Shown here: piece by piece, positions 51,471-64,000 of the stretch
How the letters are laid out: each line of letters opens with the position of its first letter
Numbering within the stretch: the stretch's first letter is position 1
Assembly (NCBI RefSeq): GCF_044704955.1
Contig: NW_027252668.1
Coordinates: forward strand, 5,146,001-5,210,000
Source of the DNA: Pristiophorus japonicus
Taxonomy: Eukaryota
Direction: 5' to 3'
DNA: 64,000 nt
The notes under the pieces: generated by a model
What the model saw: only the letters and a program-made list of their open reading frames with translations
Databases searched by the model: none
Told to the model about the DNA's origin: nothing
Translations under genes and position numbers: made by a program

Positions 51471-52040
51471 AGCGAGCAGCAGCCTCCTTACAGCAGCGCA
51501 GCGCTTTGGGAGCGTGTCCGCAGATGGGCTCAGAGACCGGCACTGAGTTCAGGGGGAGTCGGGGGCTGTGTGTAAGGGGCGGAGTGGAGCAAGAACCAGT
51601 GTCAGTGCGTGGTGTGAGTGGGGGGAGGGAGAGGACATTCTCGGGCTGTGTGTGGACAGTGTGTGTCCAGGGGGAAGGGAGACAGAATGGGCAGAATCTG
51701 CTGTTTACAATCATTGCTGCTTTCTCTCTCCTAACCAGGACTGAACGTTCCTGGTTTAGTTCCGTCGGGGGCTGTTTGTTTGTCAGAGGCAGAGTGGAGC
51801 AGGAACTAGTTCCGGAACATGGAGTGAGTGGGGGAAGGGAGAGGCCATTCTCGGGCTGTGTGTGGACAGTCTCTTACTTTCTACTTGAGGATAAAATGGT
51901 CCTCTGATGACTCTGGTTGTAAGCAGTTCTTCCAGCAGCATCTCATGGTTCTCCGCAGGCCGTTGCACATGAACCAATGAACGTTACTTGGCAGAGTTTG
52001 CTTGACGGCTCCTGCATAAGGTTGACACTCGTTAATCGTT

Positions 52041-52427
52041 TGCACTTCAGTCCCCCGCTCCTGATCTTTGGGCCCACTGTGCGCAGGGGAGCGGGCAGAT
52101 CGGAAGGCCTCCTCGTAGGACTGCTTCTGGGCATGGCCAAGGTGGCCATTAACCGGTCCAGGCAGCGGGCGGTCGAGCGGGTGTTCAGCTCGACTGCCTG
52201 CCTCTCTTCCACGGTTATGTTCGAGCCAGGGTGTCCCTGGAGATGGACGACGCGGTGTTCACCGGTACGCTCGCGGCCTTCTGTGAGAGGCGGGCGCCAG
52301 AGGGACTGGAGTGCATCATCACCCCCGGGAACCAAATTTTAATTTGATCCATTTAACACCAAAGTTTAATTTGTCTGTTTTAATGCCCCTTTAATAAAGG
52401 GGCACTTGATTTATTGTTTTACTAAAA
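52041..52427 (+). mobile_element. Tx1-type LINE 3' fragment (paralog of 15300-15676)
   Basis: HFSPPLLIFGPTVRRGAGRSEGLLVGLLLG; 3' hairpin. Confidence 0.8.
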
Positions 52428-53759
52428 TAGTTGTGTGTATACAGTGTGGGGTAACAGTGAAAGTAAACCACCTCGCTCTTTCAAATCATTGCTGCTTTCT
52501 TTCCCCAAATCTGTAGTGAATGTTCCTGATTCAGTTCCAATCTCATCATGTCTGTTGTTCTTGGACAGTGAACAGTGGAAACACAGCCACGACGGTGAGG
52601 TTGTGAGGAGTTTCACAAAGTGCATCTATTGCAGACACCAGGTGAGGAGTGTAGGAGAAGACATTTCAAGCATCGGTTAATTTGTTTTGGTGCATTGAGT
52701 TGTCCAGAACCGTGTTGCTGGTGATCGAGAGCCTGTCGCTCCCTCAGATACATCAGGATCTGGGCCCTGTGACATACTGTTAACTACACAGGCCCTCAAC
52801 TCGGTTTCAATTGACTGAAAACAATTGTTGTACAGCCCAGGTACTACAGTTATATTCCAGGAAGAGATTCAGAATTTTACAAATAATCCCATGGGAGTGG
52901 GAGATATAAACCTGGACTGTTCCAATCGGGTGGTCCTATTCATGGACCAGTGCTGGGTTTGGGTTGTGTCTGGATGCTGATAACTTACTATAGAACCATC
53001 CTACACACCTGGTGTGCAGAATCTGAGCGCCACTGTACTGCAGTGAGGTCAGACAATGACACTGTTTGTATCGCGGTTTCCCCTCTCCAGATACTTTACT
53101 TTATTATAAACAAACATGTTAATTATAACTTTATTTTTTATATTCTCCCACTCACTTGTCCATATCATAACTAATAATGTTCTCGTATTATTATTCTCAG
53201 AGAGAAGTACTTCACTGAGCCTGAATAAATGTGATCTTTCCTCCACCCGGAACACAAGGAACAGTGCTGTCAGCACCTTCTCACTCACAGTAAGTATATT
53301 ATCACTTACAGAGCGCAGAGACACAAAACTGGTCTCAATCCTATTGTCATAGGCAGCAGAAGCTGTCAGTCCCACAGTGATCCGAATTTCCAGAGTTACA
53401 TTATGAATCCCACAGTCACTTGGAGCAGTACAACAAGATGTTGTTTCAAAGTCCAAACATATCGCACTGAGAGACAGATCCATTTTCACTCACTTACTCA
53501 CAAACACAGGAACATATAGACACTGACACAGTGTCAATCCACACTGCTGGCATACACGGACTGTCAACCAGTGCAGGCAGCTCCTTCTCACACACAGTAA
53601 GTACGATATCACTCACAGAGCGCAGAGACACAGAACTGGCCTTAATCCTATTATCACTGGCAGCAGAAGCAGTCAGTCCCACAGTAATCCACAGTACAAG
53701 AGTTACATGGAGCAGTAGAATCAGACGCTGTTTCATCACTGAAACAGATCAAACTGACA

Positions 53760-55480
53760 TGTAGATTAAACACCCGCACTCACTTGCCAGAAACTGGCAG
53801 GTAGAGAATAAAACACTCAATCACATACCTTAATATATAAGTTAGAAAGTAAAAACCATACTCTCATATTAGAAGCTGACGGGTACAGAGCAAAAGCAAT
53901 AATCACGTATCAGGAAAGGAGCGATTCAGTATCAAGCCACCTCGAATATACCAGAAAATGACAGGTGCAGAATAAAACCATAGACTGACAGATACAATAT
54001 ACAACCCACACCCACATAGATGAAAATGACACGCACAGAGTAAACTCCACACCAGAGAGTGACAGGTAGAGTGTAAATCCCAGAGTCACATGTCAGAAAA
54101 CAGAGGTAAAAAGTAAAACTGATACTTGCATTGCAGAATCTGACAGTTGCTGAGCTAAAGACATATTGCCATCTCATAAACTGGCAGATGCAGAGTGAAA
54201 CCCACACACACCTATCAGAAAGGTAAAACCTTTACTCACATATTAGACAAATTCAGGTAGAACATAAAACAGATATTCACGTTCACATACCAGAGACGGG
54301 CAGATACAGAGTAAATCCCCGCTCATATAGCAGGAACTGACAGGTACAGTCTAAAACATACACCCAAATTGCAAGAGCTAACAGGTGCTGATTAAACCCA
54401 GACTAACACACCAGAAACTGAGAGGCACAGATTAAACCCCCACATGCATACCTAAATCTGACAGTTACAGAAATATACACAGACTCGCATATCAGAGACA
54501 CATACAGTATAAAGCCCATATTCATGTATCATAAATAAAAGCTGACAGTTGCAGGTTAAACTACCACTCAAAAGCCAGAAACTGACAGGTACAGATTAAA
54601 CCAACACTCACATATCAGAAACTGACAGGTTCAGAATAAAATCCACAATCACATACCAGAAACTGATCAGTACAGATTAAAACAATACTCATATAGCAGA
54701 AACTGACAGGAACAGATTAAAACACACACTCAGATATGAGAAACTGACAAGTACAGAATAAACCCCACTCTCACATACCAGAAACTGACAAGTACAAATT
54801 AAATCAACACTCATATACTAGAAACCGTCAGGTACAGATTATGCCCACACTTACATCTCAGAAGCTAACAGTTACAAAATACCACCCATACTCACATACC
54901 AAAAACTGACAGGTACAGGATAAAACACAGTCAAATACCAGAAACTGATATATAGATTAAACCCACACTCATATACCACATATTAACAGGGACAGATAAA
55001 ATACACACTCATATTACCAGAAACTGACAGGTACAGATGCAACCCACACTCATACGTGAAACTTACTTGTACAGGTTAAAACCCACATTCACATGACAAT
55101 AACTGACAGGTACTGATTATACCCCACACTCATATACCAGGTACTTTCAGGTACAGAATAGATACCCACACTCAAGTACCAGAAAGTGACACGTATAGAT
55201 GTAAGCCACACACATATACCAAGAAGTGACAGGTATAGATTAAGCTCTACACTCATATATACCAGAAAATGACAAGTACAGAATAAAACCCACACTCGCA
55301 TCAAAGAGGCAGACAGCTATAGAGTAAATCCAACACTCGCATTTAAGAGTCTAACAGATACAGACTAAAATCCACACTTGCATATCGGGGACTGATAGCG
55401 AGAGTAAATCCCCCACACTCATCAGAATCTAACAGATACAGACTAAAACTCACATTCACAACCCAAAGAGTGACCGCTAA
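53760..55480. repeat. Diverged ~41-bp satellite
   Basis: Recurring CACACTCA(C/T)ATACCAGAAACTGACAGGTACAGA. Confidence 0.82.
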
Positions 55481-55484
55481 AATA

Positions 55485-58160
55485 AAGTAAGAAATAAGAG
55501 CAGGAGTAGGTCATACAGCCCCTCGAGCCAGCTCTATCTTTCAATAATACCTGAACTGAACTTCTATCTCAGCTCCATTTACCCACCTTATCCCCATAAC
55601 CCTTAGTGCCCAAAAACCTCCCGATCTCAGTCTCGAATACAGTCATTGACTGAGCATCCACAGCCCTCTGCAGTAGAGAATTCCAAAGATTCACACCCCT
55701 CTGAGTGATCAAGTGTCTCCTCATCTCAGTTCTAAATGACCGAGCCCTTATCGTGAGTCTATCGCTCCTAGTTCTACACTGCAGCCAGGGGAAGCAGCCT
55801 CTCAGCATCTACCCTGTAAATCCCCCTCAGAATCTGATGTTTTATTGAGATCACCTCTCATTCTTCTCATCTCCAAGGGTATAGGCCCAAAACTTTTACC
55901 TTCCTAATTGCTTCCTGTTCCTGCACATTAACTTTCTGTGATGTGTTTACTAAGACACTCAAATCCCTCACAATTACAGCATTTACGAGACAACCCCCTC
56001 ATCTCAGGAATCAACCCCGTGAACCTTCTCTGAACTGTCTCCAATGGAAGTATATCCCTCCTTAAATAAGACCAAAACTGTACGCAGTACTTCAGGTGTG
56101 GTCTCACCAATGCCCTGTACAGTTGTAGCAGCACTGCTCTGCTTTGATACTCTAACCTCTTTGCAATAAATGCCAACATTCCATTGGCTTTCCTAATTAC
56201 TTGCTGTACCTGCATACTAACTTTTTGTGTTTCATGTACAAGGACCACAGATCCCTCTGTACCTCAGCATTTTATCATCTCTCCCCATTTAAATAATAAT
56301 TTGCCTTTTTATTTTTCCTACCAAAGTGGAAAACCTCACATTTTCAAACATTATACTTCATCTGCCAAATTTTTGCCCACTCACTTAGCCTATCGATATC
56401 CTGTTGCAAATTCTTTGCCACCTCATCACAATATGCTTTCCCACCAATCTTTCTGTCATCAACAATTTGGCTACATTACACTCAGTCCCTTTATCCAAGT
56501 CATTAATATAATGCAATTAATTAATAAATTAATACATTATAAAAAGTTGAGGCTCCAGCACTGATCCCTGTGGCACCCCACTAGTTACAGTTACATTGTG
56601 CCACCCTGAAAATGACCCGTTTATCCCGACTTATTCTTTAGCCAATCCTCTATGCATGCTGATATATTACCCCTCACCCCCTGAGCGTTTATCTTGTGCA
56701 ATGATCTTTTATGTGGCACCTTGTCAAATGCCTACTGGAAATCCAAATACACTGTACGCAACATCTACTGGTTTCCCTTTATCTACCCTGCTCATTAAAT
56801 CCTCAAAGAACTCCAGCAAATTTGTCAAACATGATTTCTCTTTCATTAAACCATGCTGACTCTGCTTGACTGTATTATGATTTTCTAAATGTCCTGCTAT
56901 TGCTTCCTTAATAATGGACTGCAGCATTTTCCCAATAACCGAAGTTCGGCTAACTGGTCTATAGTTTCCTGCTTTCTGTCTCCCTCCTTTCTTAAATAGG
57001 GGCATTATGTTTGCGGTTTACCAATTTGATGGGACCTCTCCAGAATCCAGGCAATTTTGGTAGGTTACAATCAATGCATCCAATATCTCAGCATCCATGC
57101 CTTTTAAGACCTTAGAATGCAGGCCATCAGATCCAGGCGACTTGTCCACCTTTACACCCATTAATTAGCCTCGTACTTTTTATCTAGTGATCATGATTGC
57201 TTTAAGTTTACCCCCTCCAAATAGCCCCTTGATTATCAGTTATTGGGATGCTTTTAGTGTCTTCTACCATGAAAAGCAATACAAAATATTTGTTCCAAGT
57301 CTCTGCCATTTTTCTGTTTCTCATTATTAACTCCCCAGTCTCATTGTCTAAGAGACCAACTTTTACTGTAGCTATACCTGCAGAAGCTCTTACTGTCTGT
57401 TTTTATAATTCTTGCTAGTTTACTCTGGTAATCTATCTTCTCTCTTTATTATTTTTAGTCATCCTTTGCTGGTTTCTAAATATTTTCCAATCCTCTGGCC
57501 TTCCATTATTCTTTGCAACATTTGTATGCCTTTGTTTTCAATTTGATATCATCCTTTACTTCCTTGGTTAGCCATGGATGGTTCATCCTTCTCTTAGAGT
57601 CCTTCTTTCTCACTGGAATATATATTTGTTGACAGATATGAAATATCTCCTTAAATGTTTGCCACTGCTCATCTACCATCTTACTCTTTAGTCTATTTTC
57701 CCAGACCACTTTAGCCAACTCTGCCTTCATATCTTTGTAATTGCCTTTATTTAAGTTCAGGACACTAGTTTGAGATTCTCACCCTCAAACTGAATTTGAA
57801 ATTCTAACATGCTATGATTACTCTTCCCGAGAATATCCTTTAGTATGAGATTATTAATTAATCCAGTCTCATTACATATTACCAAATCTAAAATAATCTG
57901 CACCCTGGTTGGTTCCACAACGTATTGTTCTCAGAAACTATCCCGAATACACTCAATTAACTCTTCCTCGGGACTACATTTACCAATTTGATTTATCGAT
58001 CAATATTAAGATTAAAATCACCCATGATTAATGCCGTATCTTTCTTGCAAGCCTCCATTATTTCTTGATTTATAGTCTGTGCTACAGTGTATCTAGTGTT
58101 AGGGGGCCCTTTAGACCACTCCCACCAGTGACTTATTTTCCTGATTATTTCTTATCTCCA
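55485..58160 (-). mobile_element. CR1-type LINE, long degenerate fragment(s)
   Basis: PWLTKEVK, PLFKKG..NYRPVS, QHGLMKEKSCLTNLLEFFE, HLKYCVQFWS, NLWNSL; tail near 55490. Confidence 0.9.
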
Positions 58161-58639
58161 CCCATACTCCCATACCAGAGACGCAGATACAAAATAAAAT
58201 TGAATCTCACATACCAGAAACTGACAGGTAAAATAAAACCTGCACTTAGATACTGACAGATACAGAGTAAATACCACATTCGTGTTCTAGCGAAAGATAC
58301 ATCGTGTAAATTACTAACTCACTAACTTGAAATTAACAGTTGCAAAATAAATCACCCAATCACATACCAGAAAGTGACATGTACAAAGTAAAACCCACAC
58401 TCACACAACAGATACTGACAGATAGAGTAAAGACCATCCTCACTTACCAGTTATTGACTGGAACAGGGTTATAACGTCTCGCCCATACCTGAAACTGACA
58501 GATACAAAGGAAAAGCAACTTCCAATTAAGCAGAAACTGGCAGTTATAGGGTAGGACACTCACTAACATATCAGAACATAACAAGGGGAGAATAAAACCC
58601 CGACTACCATAACAGATACAGAGAAAAGCATAGATGCAC

Positions 58640-58962
58640 ATACCAGAGACAGATAGATACAGAATGAACTCACCCTCACATACCAGAGACAGATAGATAC
58701 AGAATGAACTCAGACTCGCATACCAGAGATAGATAGATACAGAGTGAACTCACCCTCACATACCAGAGACAGATAGATACAGAGTGAAACTCACACTCAC
58801 ATACCAGAGATAGATAGATACACAGAGTGAAACTCACACTCACATACCAGAGACAGATAGATACAGAATGAACTCGCACTCACATACCAGAGACAGATAG
58901 ATACAGAATGAACTCACACTCACATACCAGAGACAGATAGGTGCAGAATGAACTCACACTCA
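58640..58962. repeat. ~41-43-bp satellite variant
   Basis: CACATACCAGAGACAGATAGATACAGAATGAACTCAC units. Confidence 0.88.
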
Positions 58963-58999
58963 TATAAGAACATAAGCAATAGGAGCAGGAGTTGGCCAT

Positions 59000-60312
59000 T
59001 TGAGGGACAGGATAAAGCTTCATTTGGAAAGACAGGGATTAATCAAGGACAGTCAGCATGGATTTGTTAAGGGAAGGTCATGTCTGACTAACTTGATTGA
59101 ATTTTTCGAGGAGGTCACCAGGAGGATCGATGAGGGCAGTGCATGTGATGTAGTGTATATGGATTTTAGCAAAGCTTTTGATAAGGTCCAACATGGCCAA
59201 CTGATCACGAAAGTAAAAGCCGATGGGATCCAGGGCAAAGTGGCAAGTTGGATCCAAAATTGGCTCAGAGGCAGAAAGCAAAGGGTAATGGTTGATAGGT
59301 GTTTTTGTGACTGGAAGGATGTATCCAGTGGGGTTCCGAAGGGCTCAGTGCTGGGTCTCTTGCTTTTTGTGGTATATATCAATGACTTGGACTGGAATGT
59401 TGTGGGTATGATTAAGAAGTTTACAGCTGACAGTAAAATAGGCTGTGTGGTTGATTAATGAAGAAGAAAGCTGTGGATTGCAGGAAGATATCAATGTACT
59501 GGTCAGGTGGGTGGAGCAGTGCCAAATGGATTCAATCCAGAGAAGTGTGAGGTCATGCATTTGGGGAGGGCTTTCAAGGAAAGGGAATACACATTAAATG
59601 GTACGCCACTTAAAAGTGTAGAGGAACAAAGGGACCTTGGAGTACATGTCCACGGATCCCTGAAGGTATCAGACCAGGTAGATAAGGTGGTTAAGAAGAC
59701 ATATGGAATACTTGCCTTTATTAGTCTAGGCATAGAATACAAGAGCCAAGGAGGTTATGCTTGAACTGTATAAAACACTGGTTAGGCCACAGCTGGAGTA
59801 CTGTGTGTAGTTCTGGTCACCACATTCCAGTAAGGTGTGATGGCACTGGAAAGGGTGCAGAGGAGATTTTCAAGAATGTTGCCTGGACTGGAGAATATTG
59901 GCAATGAGGAAAAATTGGAGAGAGGAGGCTGAGGAGAGACCTGATTTAGGTGTATAAAATTATGAGGGTTCTGGATAGAGTGGAAAGGAAGGACTTGTTT
60001 CTCTTGGCAGAGGGGTCAACAGCCAGGGGACATAGATTTAATGTAATTGGGGGGAGGTTTAGAGGGGATACGAGGGGAAATGTCTTCACCCAGCGAGTAG
60101 TGGGGGTCTGGAACACACTGCCCGAAAGGGTGCTAGAGGCAGAAACCCTCACTACATTTAATACTTGGATGTGCACTTAAAGTGCCGTAACCTTCAGGGC
60201 TAGGGACCAAGAGCTGGAAAATGGGATTAGGCAGGATAGCTCTTGGTCGGTCGGCGCGGACATGAAGGGCCGAATAGCCTCCTTCCATGCTGTAAATTTC
60301 TATGATTCTATG
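59000..60312 (+). mobile_element. CR1-type LINE (different subfamily)
   Basis: QHGFVKGRSCLTNLIEFFE...YMDFSKAFDKV...GVPKGSVLG; tail TTCTATGATTCTATGA. Confidence 0.9.
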
Positions 60313-60314
60313 AT

Positions 60315-60830
60315 TTGCCCCTCGAGCCTGCTCCGCCATTGAATTAGATCATGGCTGATCTTCTACCTCAACTCCCGTTGCCCGCACTATCCCCCTATCC
60401 CTTGGTTCCCTTAATATCAAACAAAATGTCAATCTCAGTCTTGAATACACTCATCGCCTGAGCATCCACATCCCTCTGGGATAGAGCATTCCAAAGATTC
60501 ACAACCCTCTCAGTGAAGACATTTCTCCTCATCTCAGATCTAAATGGCTGCCCCCTTATTGTGAGTCTAACACTCCTAGTTCTGGACTGTCCATCCAGTG
60601 GAAGCAGCCTCCCAGCATCTACCCTGTCAATCCCCCTCAGGGTCTTATATGTTTCAATAAGATCACCTCTCATTCTTCTCATCTCCAAGTGTATAGACCC
60701 ACATCTTTCACCTTCCTAAGTGCTTGCGGTAACTGCATGTTAACTTTCAATGTTTCGTGTACAATGATCCTCAAGTCCCTCTGAATTGCAACGTTTACTA
60801 ATCTCTCAGGTTTTAAACAATATTCTGGTA
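60315..60830 (-). mobile_element. CR1-type LINE 3' fragment
   Basis: RRMRGDLIETYK...RVVNLWNAL. Confidence 0.85.
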
Positions 60831-60839
60831 TTCTATTCA

Positions 60840-61560
60840 TATAAAGTAAAACCTCCACTCCTACCAGAAACTGGCAGATACAGAGAAATACCCACATTCA
60901 CATCTTAGAGCCTGACAGATACAGAGTAATACCCACACTCACGTAACAGGAAATGAGAGTTACAGAATAAAACCCACAAATTTAATTCCAGAGACAGACA
61001 GGTACAGAGCGAAACCCACGTTCTCATTTCAGACACTGACAGGTACATAATAAAACCCACATTCACAGACAAGATAGAGAAGATACTGAAAAAAAAAATA
61101 ACACACACAAAGCAGGGACTGACGGATAAAGACTAAAACCCACACTCACGTAAACCCCTCTCTTCCATAGCAGAAATTGACAGGTAGAAAGGAAAACCCA
61201 CACTAATGTAGTGGTAAATGAATTGTAGAGTAAAACTCACTCACAAATCAGAAACTGACAGGTACAGAGTGGAACCACATTCACAAACTAGAAACTGACA
61301 GTTACAGCGTAAATCCCACTCTCACTTTTCACAACCTGACAGTAAGAGTAAAACACAGATTTGCATATTAGAAACTGACAGGTAGATTAAGTCCCACATT
61401 CGCAAACAGAAACTGATACATACAGTGTAAGCCACACACCCACTTAGCTGAAATCAGCTGGTACATAATAAAATGCGCACTCACACACCAGAACTGGTAC
61501 AGAGTGAAACTCACTCACATACCAGAGACAGATTGATACAGAGTGAAACTCACACACTCT
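60840..61560. repeat. Diverged ~41-bp satellite
   Basis: Recurring AGAAACTGACAGGTACAGAGTAAAACCCACACTC-like units. Confidence 0.72.
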
Positions 61561-61629
61561 GTGTTGTATCATTATTTTATAAAAGGGCGATAGCAGAATG
61601 AATAAATCGACTAAATTAACACTGTGGTT

Positions 61630-61770
61630 TCCTCTTAAAAGAGCCGTTGCTTTTTTAATGCTTTTTCCTGTGTTGTGAATTTATTTGCAATGGTCACTGC
61701 CTTTGTCCCATTCCGACACGGCGTGCTTGGCCAGCTCCCCGGGCAGCACCAGACTCACAGCGGTCTGGGT
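61630..61770 (-). pseudogene. H2B 3' fragment with damaged stem-loop
   Basis: [19 protein letters not shown]...; CAACGGCTCTTTTAAGAGG on the minus strand near 61630-61649. Confidence 0.82.
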
Positions 61771-62001
61771 GTGGACACAATCCACAACAGCCAAACTATT
61801 GGAGGTTGGTGCCATCTCCTGGCTGCCAGCCAGTAGTGCAACAAGATAACCATTCATCAGTAACTGTTTTAAACTGGAGACAAATAACCTGAACACCTTG
61901 TTTACGTTCAGATTACAATGATTGCAGTTAGTCCTGACTAAAGCTCCAAAGACCCATGGTGAGTCATCTGTCAATACAGAGGTTTACATGTTAAACTTAG
62001 T

Positions 62002-62073
62002 GTGATGGTGCTATAGTGGTGAGCATAGCTGCCTTCCCAGGGGTTGACTCAGGTTTCATTCTCGGCCAGCACA
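62002..62073 (+). tRNA. tRNA-Gly(TCC) pseudogene
   Basis: GTGATGGTGCTATAGTGGTGAGCATAGCTGCCTTCCCAGGGGTTGACTCAGGTTTCATTCTCGGCCAGCACA; broken anticodon and T stems. Confidence 0.75.
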
Positions 62074-62486
62074 AACAGGCTCCATTTAATACAGTTTATG
62101 TCACCATGTCGCAGTTTAGAACCGAACACGAGTGCCTTCCAACAAATGCCATTTCTCTAACATTTACAAGCCACATTCATCATCCATTTATTTATCACAC
62201 AAAATTGAGGTTTCATTTATTTTTGGTGATAACTATTGTTTAATCTATAGGGGACTGAAGAAAAAGTAACTGGGGTGAGGACTCAGTCCAGACTTTAAAC
62301 TAATAAATGGGGTGAGGGCTCGGTCCAAGCAAGATTACTATTCACAGTGACCATTTGTAATTGGAGGGAAGGTGTCCCAGCACCGTGCTTACATTCTGAT
62401 TAAAATGATTGCACAGCAATTTATTGGTCCCGCTGAAGACCCGTAAGAAGCAGTTTGTCTGCAAAAACAAAATGACTGATGTGTGG

Positions 62487-62558
62487 GCAATGGTGGTATA
62501 GTGCTGAGCATAGCTGCCTTTCAAGCAGTTGACCCAGGTTCGAGTCTTGGCCATCTCA
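62487..62558 (+). tRNA. tRNA-Gly-derived gene/pseudogene with TTC anticodon
   Basis: GCAATGGTGGTATAGTGCTGAGCATAGCTGCCTTTCAAGCAGTTGACCCAGGTTCGAGTCTTGGCCATCTCA: Gly(TCC)-type body, anticodon TTC, two acceptor-stem mismatches. Confidence 0.75.
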
Positions 62559-62899
62559 ACCGAGGTACTTTGAATATCCGTCGCAGGTCAGAACTGAATT
62601 ATGGGATCTTGCAGCAGGATTTTACAACAAGACAATTGTCAATCCCATTTGTAAATTAAAATTAACAAAATTAAACTAAAAGGGACTTCAAACTAATAAA
62701 TCAGTGCTCAATGAAAAACTATAGTAAAAATGGTAGTTAAATGTCCAAAAAATGGGTGAAGAGCAGAGTTCGGGTCCCAAACAGTGCCAAGGATACTCCA
62801 AGTGAAGGTAATCGTAAAACAACGAATGTAGTTACAGCAGCAGTGACAGACAAGAAAGATGTTGAATTAAACGGTATGAGATAGGTGGCATCAATTCTC

Positions 62900-64000
62900 A
62901 ATTAAGCAGAAACTGTCAGGTACAGAGGAAGACCCACACTCACATTTCAGAAACTGGCAGATAAATGGAGAAAATCCCACCCTCACATACCAGAGACAGG
63001 TATATACAGAGAAAATCCCACCCTCACACACCAGAGACATATTACAGGGAAAATCCCACCCTCACACACCAGAGACAGATATATACAGGGAAAATCCCAC
63101 CCTCACACACCAGAGACAGATATATACAGAGAAAATCCCACTTTCACATACCAGAGACAGATATATATCGAGAAAATCCCACCATCACATACCAGAGATA
63201 TATGCAGGGAAAATCCCACGCTACACACCAGAGACAGGTATATACAGAGAAAATCAGACCCTGACACACCAGAGACAGATATATACAGGGAAACACTCAT
63301 AATCACACATAAAATGCTGACAGGTACAAAGTGAAACCCGCACTCCCATACCAGAAACTGACAAATTCAGGGTAAAAACTTTGTAGCAGAAGTTGACAGA
63401 ATGTGAGGAAATCCTACAGGTACAGATTATACCCAATACTCACCAGAAACGACAGGTACAGATTAAATCCCACGCTTACATACCAGAAAGTGACAGGTAC
63501 CGCTTATACTGCACTCTCATATACCAGCCACAGATTGGCAGGTACAGATGAAATCCCATCCTCACATACCAAAGACAGAAAGATAGAGAAAAGCCCACCC
63601 TCACATACCAGAAAATTATAGATACAGAATAAAACCCATATTCACACACCAGTATCTGACCGCTACAGATTTTGATTAAACCCACGCTCACATACCAGAA
63701 ACTGACAGGTACAGATTAATCCCTACACTCACATACCTGAAACTAACAGGTACAGATTAAATCCCACACTCATATACCAGAGACAGACAGCTACAGAATA
63801 ACCCCACAGTCACAAAGTGGAAACTGACAGGTACAGAATTAACACAACATTTGCATACCAGAAACAACCAGGTACAGACTAAATCTAACACTCACACACC
63901 TGACGCGAAGAGGTACCGAATATCCCCCACACTCACTGACAGGTACAGAATAAACATTACACTCACATACTCGGGCAGATATACATGAGAGGGCAGCTTG
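62900..64000. repeat. ~41-bp satellite (variant AAAATCCCACCCTCACACACCAGAGACAGATATATACAG, then diverged units)
   Basis: Tandem units visible to the end of the window. Confidence 0.85.

Noticed and set aside
62700-62885. Purine-rich stretch that looks like a coding exon
   Set aside because: No sustained ORF, clear acceptor or recognisable motif; cannot be supported

Overview
Eukaryotic (vertebrate) DNA, most likely a cartilaginous fish. This is an inference from the DeuSINE/SacSINE1-like SINEs, the Penelope-type palindromes and the density of CR1 LINEs. The window holds two diverged copies of a replication-dependent histone gene block within a segmental duplication (about 1-17.9 kb and 41.2-54.8 kb). 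Copy 1 is H2B, deleted H2A, an H4 cut by a class I endogenous retrovirus (LTR, tRNA-Leu PBS, gag zinc knuckle, protease, putative 2H-phosphoesterase domain, RNase H; RT deleted), H3.2, frameshifted H4 and H1 without its stop codon. Copy 2 is H2B, frameshifted H2A, intact H4, a Tx1-type LINE insertion with a 14-bp TSD and intact H1, with no H3. All these genes carry 3' stem-loops. The rest is a patchwork of CR1 fragments, 41-bp and 62/64-bp satellites, a G-rich 38-bp minisatellite, a Gypsy remnant, a solo LTR, RTE-like short elements, Penelope-like hairpins, tRNA-Gly pseudogenes linked to H2B 3' fragments, and CpG-rich promoter/first-exon-like segments of unknown genes. No prokaryotic features or CRISPR arrays. 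All alignments and counts were made by eye, so repeat boundaries are approximate. The strongest leads are the ERV 2H domain, possible target preference of the Tx1 element, a repeated tRNA-Gly/H2B-fragment module, and a promoter followed by a tandem array of splice donors.
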